Both the position numbers and the translations under genes were made by a program. From assembly GCA_964516885.1 (NCBI GenBank), contig CAZEXX010000001.1, positions 1-51,437 on the forward strand: DNA of 51,437 nucleotides, written 5' to 3'. Position 1 is the first letter of the stretch; each line of letters opens with the position of its first letter. This stretch comes from an uncultured Anaerolineales bacterium (GTDB lineage: Bacteria > Chloroflexota > Anaerolineae > B4-G1 > SLSP01). The notes beneath the pieces are model-generated. The model saw nothing but the letters and a program-made list of their open reading frames with translations. It did not search any database and had not been told where the DNA came from. Shown piece after piece: positions 35,846-46,500 of this stretch.

Positions 35846-37315
35846 ATGGATCTCTTCCGCGAGGTAGATCACTATATCAGACGACACCAGCTTCTCGAAC
35901 CTGGTTCGAGTGTTGTCGTCGGCACATCCGGAGGCCCGGATTCTGTCACACTGCTGCATCTACTGCGACGCTTGGCCGGCCCCTATGAGCTCAGCCTGCA
36001 TGCCGCGCATCTGAACCACCGGATCCGGGGCCAAGATGCCGACGACGATCAAGCGTTTGTACATGATCTAGCTGCTGGATGGGCACTACCGTTCACGAGT
36101 GACAGCATTGATGTGCCTGCCATCGCCTCCCGAGAAAAGCTGGCACTCGAAGAAGCAGCGCGGCGCACGCGGTACGGCTTTCTCAGTCGCATCGCACAAC
36201 AGATCGGTGCGACTCATATTGCTGTCGGTCACAACGCCGACGACCAAGCAGAAACCGTGTTGATGCACCTGTTGAGGGGGGCCGGCCCTGCCGGACTGCG
36301 AGGTATGTTGCCAAGCACCCGGCTAAGGGACTACCGGTTGCTGCAGGGCTCCTCAAGACCACCCACAGATCTGACGATTATCCGGCCCTTACTGGCGACA
36401 CCGCGCGCTGACATCGAAGCATACTGCAGAGAGCACAATCTGGAAACAAGATTCGATCGCTCCAACCTGGACACGACGTACTTTCGCAACAAGCTTCGGC
36501 ACGAGGTCCTCCCGTATCTTGGCCAGATCAACCCGCAGATCTCCCAACGACTCCAGAATCTGGCTGAGGTGGTGCGGGCGGACTACAAGCTACACCAGGA
36601 GTTCGTCAGTGTGGCACAGGATACCTTGCTGGTAACCTCCTATCCTGACGCTTTGGTCTACAATCTGGCCCGCTGGCGCGAACAACCCCTCGCCATCCAG
36701 AGGGCCATCGTTCGCCGTGCGGCCTACTGGCTCCGACGGACGCTGCGCGACGTTGATTTCGATCATATCGAGCATGCGGTAGATGTCGCCCAGCGAGGTC
36801 AGACCGGAGCACAAGCGGTGCTGCCCCACAGACTGGCTCTGACGGTGGGCTATACGACCCTAACCATCGCTGCAGATGATGCTCTGCATCTGCCATCCGA
36901 ACGGCCGTGGCTGGATGTGGACAACGACATTCGCATCTCAATTCCTGGGATGACACCCTTGCGCAACGGGTGGGCAATTCAGGCCAAAGAGGTCGCGCAC
37001 TGGGACCTCGAGGTGATCAAAGAAAACCCGAACCCTCTTGTTGCCTGGCTCGATGCGGGTGCTCTGTGCAAGACACCGTTGCTCCGCACCCGACAGGCCG
37101 GAGATCGCTTCCGTCCACACGGTATGAAAGGATCTGAAGTGCGGCTAAGCGACTTCTTGATCAACATCAAGATCCCTCAACGTTGGCGCGATCGGCTACC
37201 GCTGGTAGTGGCCGATGACCGCATCATGTGGGTCGCCGGCCTTCGGCTGAGTGAAGAAGCTCTCGTCCGTACCGACACAAAACGTGTGATGTACTTACGC
37301 TTCCTTGAGCCATAA
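35846..37315 (+). CDS. tilS: tRNA(Ile)-lysidine synthase
   Basis: Start at MDLFREVDHYI (ATG 35846). PP-loop VVVGTSGGPDS. About 489 aa with a C-terminal TilS domain. Confidence 0.85.
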   Translation: MDLFREVDHYIRRHQLLEPGSSVVVGTSGGPDSVTLLHLLRRLAGPYELSLHAAHLNHRIRGQDADDDQAFVHDLAAGWALPFTSDSIDVPAIASREKLALEEAARRTRYGFLSRIAQQIGATHIAVGHNADDQAETVLMHLLRGAGPAGLRGMLPSTRLRDYRLLQGSSRPPTDLTIIRPLLATPRADIEAYCREHNLETRFDRSNLDTTYFRNKLRHEVLPYLGQINPQISQRLQNLAEVVRADYKLHQEFVSVAQDTLLVTSYPDALVYNLARWREQPLAIQRAIVRRAAYWLRRTLRDVDFDHIEHAVDVAQRGQTGAQAVLPHRLALTVGYTTLTIAADDALHLPSERPWLDVDNDIRISIPGMTPLRNGWAIQAKEVAHWDLEVIKENPNPLVAWLDAGALCKTPLLRTRQAGDRFRPHGMKGSEVRLSDFLINIKIPQRWRDRLPLVVADDRIMWVAGLRLSEEALVRTDTKRVMYLRFLEP

Positions 37316-37345
37316 CAACGAGGCCAGAGGCCCGAAGGAAACTCA

Positions 37346-38008
37346 ATGACTAAGCACCTGATCCTCGTAGCTGGCAACATAGGCGTAGGAAAGACATCGC
37401 TCGCTGAACGTCTTGGCAGTCGATTGGGGTGGCACGTTGCTTACGAGTCAGTAGATGATAACCCCTACCTTCCCGATTTCTACGCCGATATGCGTGCTTG
37501 GAGCTTTCACCTTCAGGTCTTCTTCCTGGGACATCGAGCCAGACAGCATGAGGCGCTCTATGCTATGCCGGCGTCAGCCATTGTTGACCGAAGTATCTAC
37601 GAGGACGCACACATCTTTGCCAGAGCCTTGCACGAGCTGGGCAACATGTCAGATCGAGACTACCGGGCCTACCAAGCACTCTATGAACTGGTAACCGCCA
37701 AGCTTCCCCGGCCCCATCTGCTGGTGTACATAGAGGCCAGTGTGCCGACTCTCTGCGACCGCATCACCAAGCGGGGCCGAGACATCGAGTCGGCCATCAG
37801 TGAGGACTACCTCACACTACTGGGGCGCTACTACGACGAATGGATGAGCCACTTCGATCTCTGTCCCGTCTTGACCATCCCCGGCGATGACCTGGACTTT
37901 GTTCGCTATCCGGAGCACCTAGAGATCATCGCGGATCGCATCGAGGCCAAGCTGGCTGGGAAGGAAGCGGTTCGATTCCCCAAGCCGGAGGCTATCGTTG
38001 GCAGCTGA
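37346..38008 (+). CDS. deoxynucleoside kinase
   Basis: P-loop GNIGVGKTS and the DRSIYED motif. 220 aa. GAAGGAAA RBS. Confidence 0.85.
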   Translation: MTKHLILVAGNIGVGKTSLAERLGSRLGWHVAYESVDDNPYLPDFYADMRAWSFHLQVFFLGHRARQHEALYAMPASAIVDRSIYEDAHIFARALHELGNMSDRDYRAYQALYELVTAKLPRPHLLVYIEASVPTLCDRITKRGRDIESAISEDYLTLLGRYYDEWMSHFDLCPVLTIPGDDLDFVRYPEHLEIIADRIEAKLAGKEAVRFPKPEAIVGS

Positions 38009-39362
38009 GTACGGCGGACCACTGAGCGAGCGCGAGCTTGAAATCACAGGACTCGTCGCCCAAGGCCTCACCAACCGAGAAGTAGCTGTGCGGCTCTACC
38101 TCAGTCATAACACCGTTAAGGTGCACCTTCGCAACATCTTCACCAAGACAGGTGTGGCCTCACGTACTGAACTCTCAATGCTGGCCGTGCAGCAAGGCTG
38201 GATCAATCTGCCGGGTGGCTCAGAAGAAGCGCCACCCGCGACGGACGAAGCGGAACCGGGAACCCGATCGCCCGCCGCTGCCACGGCAGCTGAGCGTGCT
38301 TGGTGGCCCCGGTGGCCGTGGCAGCGCTGGGCTACCTTGGCCTGTGGGCTGGGGCTGGTGTTGATCATCTTCTTGCTGCCGCAACGGTACTCTGCACCGG
38401 CAGCTTCTTCCGGACCGGGCGACATATTCGGGACCAATGATCCGGCGCCGAACCTTCTGGCGCCCGCCGCTGGGGATAGCTGGCAAGAGCTGGCACCTCT
38501 CCCCGTGCGACGTGCGGCGATGGGCACGCTGGCATACGCCGGCAAGATCTATGCCATCGGGGGCATGGCAAATGATGGCCCCAGCGGGCGGGTAGACATC
38601 TACGACATCGCGTCAGACACGTGGGGGCAGGGCCAATCCCGGCCGGTGGCGCTGGCTAACGCCGGAGCCGTGGCTCTCGGAGATCGGATCTGGGTTCCGG
38701 GCGGGTGTGATGACAGCTTGGTACCCAGTAACACCACGGACAGCTACACGCCTGAACAAGACACCTGGTCAAAAGCCGCCCCTATGCCGACGCCTCTTTG
38801 TGCCTACGCTAGCGAGGCGTACGAGGATCAGATCTACCTCTTTGGCGGGTGGGACGGTCAGACCTACCGGGCGCTCACGTTCGTCTATTCGCCGACAGAT
38901 AACGCGTGGCGCGAGTTGGCCCCTCCCCAGCAGGCCCGAGGATTCGGCGCCGCTGCGGCGCTATCTGATCGCATCTTCTATGTCGGCGGATTCGATGGAG
39001 ATCGCGAGTGGTCCACCTGCGAAGTCTACTTCCCGGCCACCGACAGCTGGGACAGCTGCCCATCTATGCTGCAGCCACGCGGAGGCCTGAGTCTCGTGGC
39101 AATCGGTGGGCGCCTGTACGCAATCGGCGGGGGTTGGCACACACCCTTGGGCTTCAACGAGCGGTACACACCGGCAACCGACCAATGGAACGTGATGGAA
39201 ACGCCGATCGTGGGTGAGTGGCGCAGCCTCGGCGCTGTGCCCTGGGAGACAGCCATCTACACTGTCGGAGGGTGGAGTGGTACAGACTTTCTGAACCGGA
39301 CGTACGCCGTGGAGATTATGCCGTGGCGCGTCTTCATCCCCGGGACGTTCCGCACACCGTAG
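37998..39362 (+). CDS. LuxR-type HTH regulator with one TM helix and a C-terminal Kelch-repeat propeller
   Basis: TTG start 6 nt after GGAGG; overlaps the dNK end by 11 nt. LSERELEITGLVAQGLTNREVAVRLYLSHNTVKVHLRNIF is the LuxR HTH. The TM is WATLACGLGLVLIIFLL. Six Kelch-like blades follow (KIYAIGG, RIWVPGG, QIYLFGGWDG, RIFYVGGFDG, RLYAIGGGW, AIYTVGGWSG). Confidence 0.8.
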   Translation: MAAEYGGPLSERELEITGLVAQGLTNREVAVRLYLSHNTVKVHLRNIFTKTGVASRTELSMLAVQQGWINLPGGSEEAPPATDEAEPGTRSPAAATAAERAWWPRWPWQRWATLACGLGLVLIIFLLPQRYSAPAASSGPGDIFGTNDPAPNLLAPAAGDSWQELAPLPVRRAAMGTLAYAGKIYAIGGMANDGPSGRVDIYDIASDTWGQGQSRPVALANAGAVALGDRIWVPGGCDDSLVPSNTTDSYTPEQDTWSKAAPMPTPLCAYASEAYEDQIYLFGGWDGQTYRALTFVYSPTDNAWRELAPPQQARGFGAAAALSDRIFYVGGFDGDREWSTCEVYFPATDSWDSCPSMLQPRGGLSLVAIGGRLYAIGGGWHTPLGFNERYTPATDQWNVMETPIVGEWRSLGAVPWETAIYTVGGWSGTDFLNRTYAVEIMPWRVFIPGTFRTP

Positions 39363-39460
39363 GAGCTTTTTTGGAAGCGGGCGGAGAATCCAAATCCTTT
39401 TCAGGCAACCCTCGCAAGAGAGCGACCAGCCCTCCGCAGCCCCGGGGCCGGCTAGCAGCA

Positions 39461-40480
39461 CTAGGTGAGTTGTAGCCCCGGATCAATATCCAGATCCCAC
39501 CCCGCGCGTTCCCCCGCCTGATAGCGGTAGAAGCCAGCGGCGGCGATCATCGCAGCATTATCCGTGCAAAGCACGCTGGGCAACGCGTATACCGGCAGCG
39601 GAACTTTCGCACGTGCAGCTTCGCGCAGCGCAATATTGGCCGAAACGCCGCCCGAAAGCAGAACAGCATTGGGCCCAAATTCCTTCACCGCCGCGAGTAT
39701 CTTCTCAACCAGGACATCGACCACAGATTCCTGGAATGCCGCGGCCATATCAGCATAGAAGCGGGGTGGTACCGGTCCGGTATACTTCTGCTGGATACGC
39801 AACACAGCCGTCTTGAGGCCGCTGAAGCTGAAGTCGTACGTGCCGGGTAACCAAGCCCGCGGTAGGTCAATCGCCGCCGGATTGCCCTTCTTCGCGGCTT
39901 CCTCAACCACGGGGCCACCAGGATACCCAAGTTTCAGCATCCGGGCGACTTTGTCAAACGCCTCTCCGGCGGCATCGTCTAGGGTGCTCCCAAGCCGCTG
40001 ATACTGCCCGTGACCGTGAACCAAGACCAAGTCGGTGTGCCCACCCGAGACGATCAAGGCGATCAGAGGAAATCTCAGCTTCCCCGCACCACTGCCTTCA
40101 GCACCTGTGTCAAGCCAATGCGCATACAGGTGTCCTTCTAGGTGGTTGATGGGAACCAAAGGTAAGCCTGTCGCGAGTGCAGCGCCTTTTGCGTAGTTCA
40201 AACCAACCAACAGCGAACCCGGCAGTCCGGGGCCATACGTGACAGCAACGGCGTCCAGGTCGTCCCAGCCAATATGTGCTGCAACCAAGGCCTGGTCCAC
40301 AACCAAGGCGATGGATTCGACGTGCATGCGCGAAGCCATCTCAGGATAGACACCGCCGTACTGAGCATGGAACTCAGCCTGTGAGGCGATGATGTTGGAG
40401 AGTATGGTGTGTCCGCCATCCACAACAGCCGCAGCCGTTTCATCGCAGGATGTCTCGATGCCCAGAATGCGAATCGTCAT
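39461..40480 (-). CDS. tsaD: tRNA N6-adenosine threonylcarbamoyltransferase
   Basis: Start at MTIRILGIETSCDETAAAVV (ATG 40480, GAAGGAG RBS). Carries the HLEGH motif. Confidence 0.95.
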   Translation of the reverse strand: MTIRILGIETSCDETAAAVVDGGHTILSNIIASQAEFHAQYGGVYPEMASRMHVESIALVVDQALVAAHIGWDDLDAVAVTYGPGLPGSLLVGLNYAKGAALATGLPLVPINHLEGHLYAHWLDTGAEGSGAGKLRFPLIALIVSGGHTDLVLVHGHGQYQRLGSTLDDAAGEAFDKVARMLKLGYPGGPVVEEAAKKGNPAAIDLPRAWLPGTYDFSFSGLKTAVLRIQQKYTGPVPPRFYADMAAAFQESVVDVLVEKILAAVKEFGPNAVLLSGGVSANIALREAARAKVPLPVYALPSVLCTDNAAMIAAAGFYRYQAGERAGWDLDIDPGLQLT

Positions 40481-40493
40481 AGGAATGCTCCTT

Positions 40494-41738
40494 CTAGACC
40501 AGGTCTGACCCCATGGGGACAACCAGATCATAGGGCATATCGGTCAGATTGTGAACTGTGCTGTCCTCAGCTATCCACAGAACGTCCTCGACACGGCACC
40601 CCATGCCCTCATCGGGATAGTAGAGCCCGGGCTCGATCGCAAATAGGTGCCCCGGCAGGAGACGTGTGCCGTTACTCGGATCATCGTGGAATCGAGGAAC
40701 TTCATGGACATCCAAACCGACACCGTGGGCGATCCCGTGCACATAGCCCCGCTGTGTTGCAGGGTCTTCAGCCACCGTAGGGTGTCCACGGTCACCGAGG
40801 AAATCGCAGGTCATGCGCTGGTAGTAGCTCGCCATCTCGCCGGCACGCACATCAGCCTCAAGCGCAATCAGACAATCAACAACATCCCGGTGCAAGCGAG
40901 CCACCGGCTCAGGAGCGTAGCCCAGACAGAACGTCCGCGTGAGATCGTAAAAATAGCCGCCGCCAACTTCCCGCGGAAAAATGTCGAAGACAATCGACTC
41001 ACCCAGGCGGATTAGTGCATCTAGCTGTCCCCGGCTGTGGGGAATGCCGGCGTCCCGCCCAGTAGAGAAGATGAACCCTTCTGGATCTTCGAGCCCCTCA
41101 TAGGCAACCAACCGAGCAATTCGGGCGTGAACATCGCCGACCGTCAAGCGATCACCATCGGCCTTGCGCAGGATTTCGCCGTCCCCCACTTCGTGAGACT
41201 GAAGAAACGCCACAGTCTGCTTCACCACCGCGACCGTGTGCCGTCCCACATCGCGGATGCGCGCGACCTCATCAGCATCTTTTGTCGCGCGAGCTACGCG
41301 GATCAAGTCCGCCTCGATCTCACCAACGATCTCGATATCAGGCGTAGCAGCATCCAGCGCCGTCAAGAAGGCGTAAGCATATCCCTGGTCCAGGTAGCCA
41401 TAGCATCCCAGACGCCCGGAAACCCCGAGATCCTCGAAGATCTTCCGATAGTAGGCAACCGACGCAGCAAGTGGATCTCCTTCATGTTGCTGGAGCAATT
41501 CACCATACCGGTAACGCGTCGTCAGGACAACCGTGTGACCTGATTTAGCGGCAGAGGCTCGGTCCATAGGCCCGGCAACTACCGTGGGCGCTTCTCCCCG
41601 CTTCTTGATAACCACAGCTTGAGTGAGGTGCACACCATTCAGCATATAGAACAAGGGTGGGTTGCCGAGAACCTTTCCCCTGACCAGGATCACATCCAGG
41701 TTCCGGTCAGCCATCAGTTGATCAATGTCACGTCTCAT
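40494..41738 (-). CDS. M24-family Xaa-Pro aminopeptidase
   Basis: Start at MRRDIDQLMADRNLD (ATG 41738, GAGGTG RBS). Metal ligand motifs HGIAHGVGLDVHE, EPGLY and RVEDVL. Confidence 0.85.
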   Translation of the reverse strand: MRRDIDQLMADRNLDVILVRGKVLGNPPLFYMLNGVHLTQAVVIKKRGEAPTVVAGPMDRASAAKSGHTVVLTTRYRYGELLQQHEGDPLAASVAYYRKIFEDLGVSGRLGCYGYLDQGYAYAFLTALDAATPDIEIVGEIEADLIRVARATKDADEVARIRDVGRHTVAVVKQTVAFLQSHEVGDGEILRKADGDRLTVGDVHARIARLVAYEGLEDPEGFIFSTGRDAGIPHSRGQLDALIRLGESIVFDIFPREVGGGYFYDLTRTFCLGYAPEPVARLHRDVVDCLIALEADVRAGEMASYYQRMTCDFLGDRGHPTVAEDPATQRGYVHGIAHGVGLDVHEVPRFHDDPSNGTRLLPGHLFAIEPGLYYPDEGMGCRVEDVLWIAEDSTVHNLTDMPYDLVVPMGSDLV

Positions 41739-41999
41739 CCAACCGCACCTCACAGATAGGGTATAATGGTTGATCTGGGGCCATTGTGCCACAAGGGGAC
41801 AGAAATGCCAAACGGCAGGGCAGTCATTGTATCAACGCGCGACGCTCCACACATCCGGCAAAGCCCAGTGGATTCGGGCCTGACAGAAGCTTCACGGCAT
41901 ATTTCCCTTTAGGGGTGAACGAGTGTCCAGCAGTCTGGCGACAAGCCTGTCTTGGGCAGTCGTCCCAACTCTGAAACACGCCCGAGATGCCAAGTTAGA

Positions 42000-42028
42000 T
42001 TGCGGTCGTTGCCTATTCTAGGTATACT
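42000..42028 (+). promoter_or_regulatory. possible promoter of der
   Basis: TTGCGG (42000-42005), a 17-nt spacer, then TATACT (42023-42028). Confidence 0.35.
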
Positions 42029-42082
42029 TAAGTTGCTAATCTTGCCCGAACGCTCTAAGGAGCGCCGAGCTCTGGAGTATTC

Positions 42083-43474
42083 ATGGTAAAACCACTTGTA
42101 GCTATCGTTGGACGCCCCAATGTGGGCAAATCAACGCTGTTTAATCGCATCGTCGGCGAGCGCCGGGCGGTTGTGAGCGATATCCCGGGCACCACTCGCG
42201 ACCGAATTGTGGCTGAAACCGAATGGAATGGCCGCTCTTTCCTGATTGTTGACACAGGCGGCATCGAGATCCGCCCACCGACGGTGGATGCGGGGCGCCG
42301 TGCACCTGAGGTGAAACCGCTGCTGGAAGATTCCGCAGAGTTTATCCCCTTGATCCGAGCGCAGGCCGAGGTCGCGATTCAGCAAGCTGATCTGATCATA
42401 TTCCTGACCGACGCCGGCACGGGGCTCACCGGCGCGGATCGTGAGGTAGCTGACCTGCTGCGAAAATCCAAGAGACCCGTGATGATCGCCGCTAACAAAG
42501 CGGAGAACGAGGCCCGCGAGTTGACCGCTTTTGAGTTCTACGAACTGGGTATGGGAGAGGTGCGCACCCTCTCTGCCATCCACGGGATGGGGGTCGGTGA
42601 CCTCCTTGACGACATCGTGGCTAGACTCCCGGGTGTTGAGGACCCTGAGGGACCCAAGGATGAAGGCGTCCGCATTGCCTTGATTGGTCGACCCAACGTG
42701 GGTAAGTCTTCACTGCTGAACCGTCTTCTGGGCGAAGAACGCGCCATCGTTAGCCCGGTAGCGGGTACCACGCGTGACGCGGTGGACACAGAGATGATGT
42801 GGGAAGGGCAGAAGATTATCCTGGTGGATACAGCGGGCATCCGGCGTCGCGGCAAGATCGATGTGGGCGTGGAGAAATATAGTGTGCTGCGGACAGCCCG
42901 AGCCCTGAAACGGGCTGACCTGGCTCTGCTGCTGATCGATGCAACGATAGGTATAACCGCACAGGATGCCCACATAGCCGGTATGACCGTCGCCGAAGGT
43001 GTCAGCGTCGTCGTCCTCGTCAACAAGTGGGATGCCGTCGAGCCGGAACTGCGCCTACTCCGCCAAGACATCGAAGACCATGTCCGTGAACAACTGCAGT
43101 TCCTCAACTTTATTCCGGTGCTCTTCATGTCAGCTCTCACCGGGATGAACGTGAATCGTATTCTTCCAACCTCGCTTGAGATTGTCGAAGCCAGATATCA
43201 ACGCATTCCCGCTGTCCAGCTTAATGATGTGGTGCAGCAAGCACTTCTAGACCACGCACCACCCAGCAGTGGCGGACGCCGGCTGGTAATCTACTTCAGC
43301 GCCCAGACTAGGGTCGCACCGCCGCACTTCACCTTCTACGTCAACAACCCGGATATCGTGCACTTCTCATACGAACGGTACCTGAAGAACTGCATCCGCA
43401 ACATCTTCCCCTTCCCTGGCACTCCCATCAATGTGACATTCAAAGGACGTCGGACGAGCAGAGGTAACCAGTAG
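42083..43474 (+). CDS. der: ribosome-associated GTPase Der/EngA
   Basis: Two tandem GTPase domains (GRPNVGKSTLFNR, GRPNVGKSSLLNR; DTGG and DTAG; NKAE and NKWD) plus a KH-like C-terminus. Confidence 0.95.
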   Translation: MVKPLVAIVGRPNVGKSTLFNRIVGERRAVVSDIPGTTRDRIVAETEWNGRSFLIVDTGGIEIRPPTVDAGRRAPEVKPLLEDSAEFIPLIRAQAEVAIQQADLIIFLTDAGTGLTGADREVADLLRKSKRPVMIAANKAENEARELTAFEFYELGMGEVRTLSAIHGMGVGDLLDDIVARLPGVEDPEGPKDEGVRIALIGRPNVGKSSLLNRLLGEERAIVSPVAGTTRDAVDTEMMWEGQKIILVDTAGIRRRGKIDVGVEKYSVLRTARALKRADLALLLIDATIGITAQDAHIAGMTVAEGVSVVVLVNKWDAVEPELRLLRQDIEDHVREQLQFLNFIPVLFMSALTGMNVNRILPTSLEIVEARYQRIPAVQLNDVVQQALLDHAPPSSGGRRLVIYFSAQTRVAPPHFTFYVNNPDIVHFSYERYLKNCIRNIFPFPGTPINVTFKGRRTSRGNQ

Positions 43475-43573
43475 CATCAGCGTTGGACTCGTGCCGACAG
43501 CCATCGTGGGGATGGGTTGGCGAGGGATTGCCTCGCTGACCCTAATATGACCAACACTCGCAAGGAATGAACG

Positions 43574-46500
43574 GTGAGCCCTGAACTTCAGGTAAGGATC
43601 CTCAGACTAGGGAATCACTACGTTGCCGTCACCACGGGCCGCGACGGGGAAGAGATTCTACGGAACGAGTTCCAGCACGGGACGATGCACCTCACCTATC
43701 TGGGGCCGCTCTGGCTCATTGATCAGGATAGCCTGGTCGCGGAGGAAAAGCATCGTCTGAGTGGCATTCTGAAGGGTAAGTCCAGCCTGGCACATGTAGC
43801 CGATCAAGGCCGGAGACTCTTCCGAAATCTCTTCGGCGATGGGTCCGTCCTGAGGAGCTACATAGCCCAGCACCCGGACGAGACGAGCTACCAACTGACC
43901 CTTGTCTTCACCCCAGAGGCGGCTCAACTAGCACGCCAGCCCTGGGAATACCTCTTCGATGGAAAACACTTCCCGTGCCTGACCGGCGAGTTGCTACTCA
44001 GCCGCCGGCCATCCACTGCAGCCTCCCTGGACGCCGCGCCCACTGCCGGTTCGCCGCTGCGTATCCTGGCCGTTGTGGCTGCGCCAACCGATCAAGTGGC
44101 GATTGATGCACCGGCGGAGTTGGAGACCCTCCAGACATCCCTCGAACAGTGGCTTGCCCGCGGCATAGTGGAGCTGGATGTCCTGCCGGAACCCACGTCC
44201 AGCGCGCTCCTCGAGAGAACCGGCGACAAAGCTTACCACATCATCCATTACGTGGGACATGCCACGTACCACCTATCGCAGCATCAGGGGTTCCTGTGCT
44301 TTGAAGACAAACTCGGCCAGGCGGAACTTTTGAGCGGTACGCAGTTGGCCCGATTTCTCGCCGGGAAACCCCCCGGACTCCTCACGCTGGCCGCCTGCCA
44401 GAAATTCCAGGTCGGCATTCTTGACGCATTCCAGAGCGTTGCCGCTGAACTTATGGACTACAAGATCCCCGGCGTGCTGATTGTACCGGCCAGCCTTTCC
44501 GCAGCCACAGCTGCGGTCCTCTACAAGACGCTCTACGGCAGCATCGCTCAAGGTGAGACTGTCCAGGAGAGCTTGCACAGGACACGCGTGGCAATGCAAC
44601 AGGCCGACCGGGAGACAGAAAGCGGAAAGCAGCGCTTTGAGTGGGGAGTACCTGCACTGATTCAGAGAGCGGCAAATCTCACGCTCGTTCAGCCTCCGCC
44701 CCGAGGATCCACACAGAATGATACTTCCGAGACCCACACGGCGATCGACCCACTGACCACGATGCCTTTGGTAGGACGTACCCGTGAAATCCAGGCTATC
44801 CGGAAGGCACTTCGCGAAGAGGCCACCATCTTCTACATCCTGGGCGACGAGGGGGTCGGCAAACGGGTCTTCACGTCATACACCATAGAGCATCTTGCCG
44901 TGAGGCCTGGCGCAGTCCTGACCATCCGTTGTCGGCAAGAACTCGATCCCCTCACTGCCCTTGCCAAAATCGCTGACTTCTGGAGAACGAGCCTACGCGA
45001 GGCTGATCCACAGGCAGCGGACCTGCTGCTTGATGCGCATCAAGCCCCCTTCGAACGCGCACAGAAGGCCCAGAAACTCCTGGCACGGAAACGCTACCTG
45101 CTCGTATTTGAAAACTTCGATACTTGGTTTGATCCACATCCAGAGGGCCCAACCCGGCTGCAAAACGAAACGCTGCGCCAGGCGTTATTGGGAATGCTCA
45201 GCGAGCCCAGCAAGGCGCTCTTTTTCTTCACAGCCGAACATCGCTGGGAAGACCTGGCCGGCATTGCCGTTGAGCTCCGCAGAGAGATCCGGCTCCCGCT
45301 GCTCTCGCTGCAGCACGCCACACAGGTGATCAACCAGCTGCCGGCCCTGCGACAGATGGCCGGTTCGTCAGCGGAGAAGCGAGCCGTCTATGCACAGCTT
45401 GGGGGACATCCTCTAGCACTCCAGATTCTGGATCGATGGCTGATCCTGGGCAATAACCTGCAATCGCTCGAAGAACTAAGGCCGACCGAGTCTGGATCAG
45501 CAGCAACCTGGGTTGACAGCTTAGTTGCGGACATCTTGACTCAGATGGATCCTGGTGAGTATGGCGTTCTTCAGGCCTTGTCCATTCTGACGCAGCCGTT
45601 CACTCAACAGACCATCTCCAGTCTCACCATGGTCACCGCCCAGCATGCCGGCCCACTGATTGAGAACTGGCTCTATTTTGGCCTGGCTGAACCCGTAGCC
45701 CCGGACAACGCCCCGCAGCAGTTCAGAATAACGGACCCGGTTCGCCGAGTTGTCTTGGACGGGCTGAGTGACGATGAGCTCAAAGCGCTCCATCTGCAAG
45801 CCGCCAGCTCCTACGCGGCGCCATACTATGATGCGGCGCGACGCCAAGTACTCGCGCGCAACATAACCACTTGGGCGGAGGACCGAATTGGTTGGCTGGC
45901 GCGAGATGCCGGCGGCATTCTGGGCATGTGGCTGCGACAGGAGCAGACAACTGAGGGAAAGGCCCGGTTGGTGGCTTCAGCATACGCGTGGCAGTATCAC
46001 CTGATGCAGGCCGGGGACATCGCAGCAGCATCAGAGATCATCCAGACTATCGCACCGGTGCTTGATCGACAGGGCCAGCGCGACCTGTCCAGAGAGTTAC
46101 TGCAACGGATGCTCAGCGCGAGCGATAGCGGCGCGAGCACCGGCAATGAGGTCGAGTCATTTGTCAGACTAAAACTGGAAGAGGGTCCGCTCTCCACAGC
46201 CCTTGATGTCTACGAGGATGTCTACCAGTCCTTGGATCCCGACGAAGCGGGAATCCAGCGTGCCTACGTCCTGCTGCGCACCGGCAACGTGAAGCAGCGA
46301 CTCAGCGACCCCAAAGCCGCGATCGAAAGCTACAGAGAGGCGCTCCGCATTGCACGCGAGGAGAAAGACCGGGAGGCAGAAGCAGGATGTCTCTACAAAC
46401 TGGCCACCGCCTATCGGGAAATCCTCAATTTCCGGCAGGCCCTTGTATGCAGCCAGGCGGCCAAAGAGCACTACGAAGTCCTTGCCTACCCCAATAATCT

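Noticed and set aside
41786-41974. 62-aa ORF and a TATAAT (41762-41767) in the pepP-der spacer as a possible small gene or sRNA.
   Set aside because: The ORF has no RBS and junk-like composition. The palindromic TATAAT/ATTATA is more simply the -10 region of the divergent pepP promoter.
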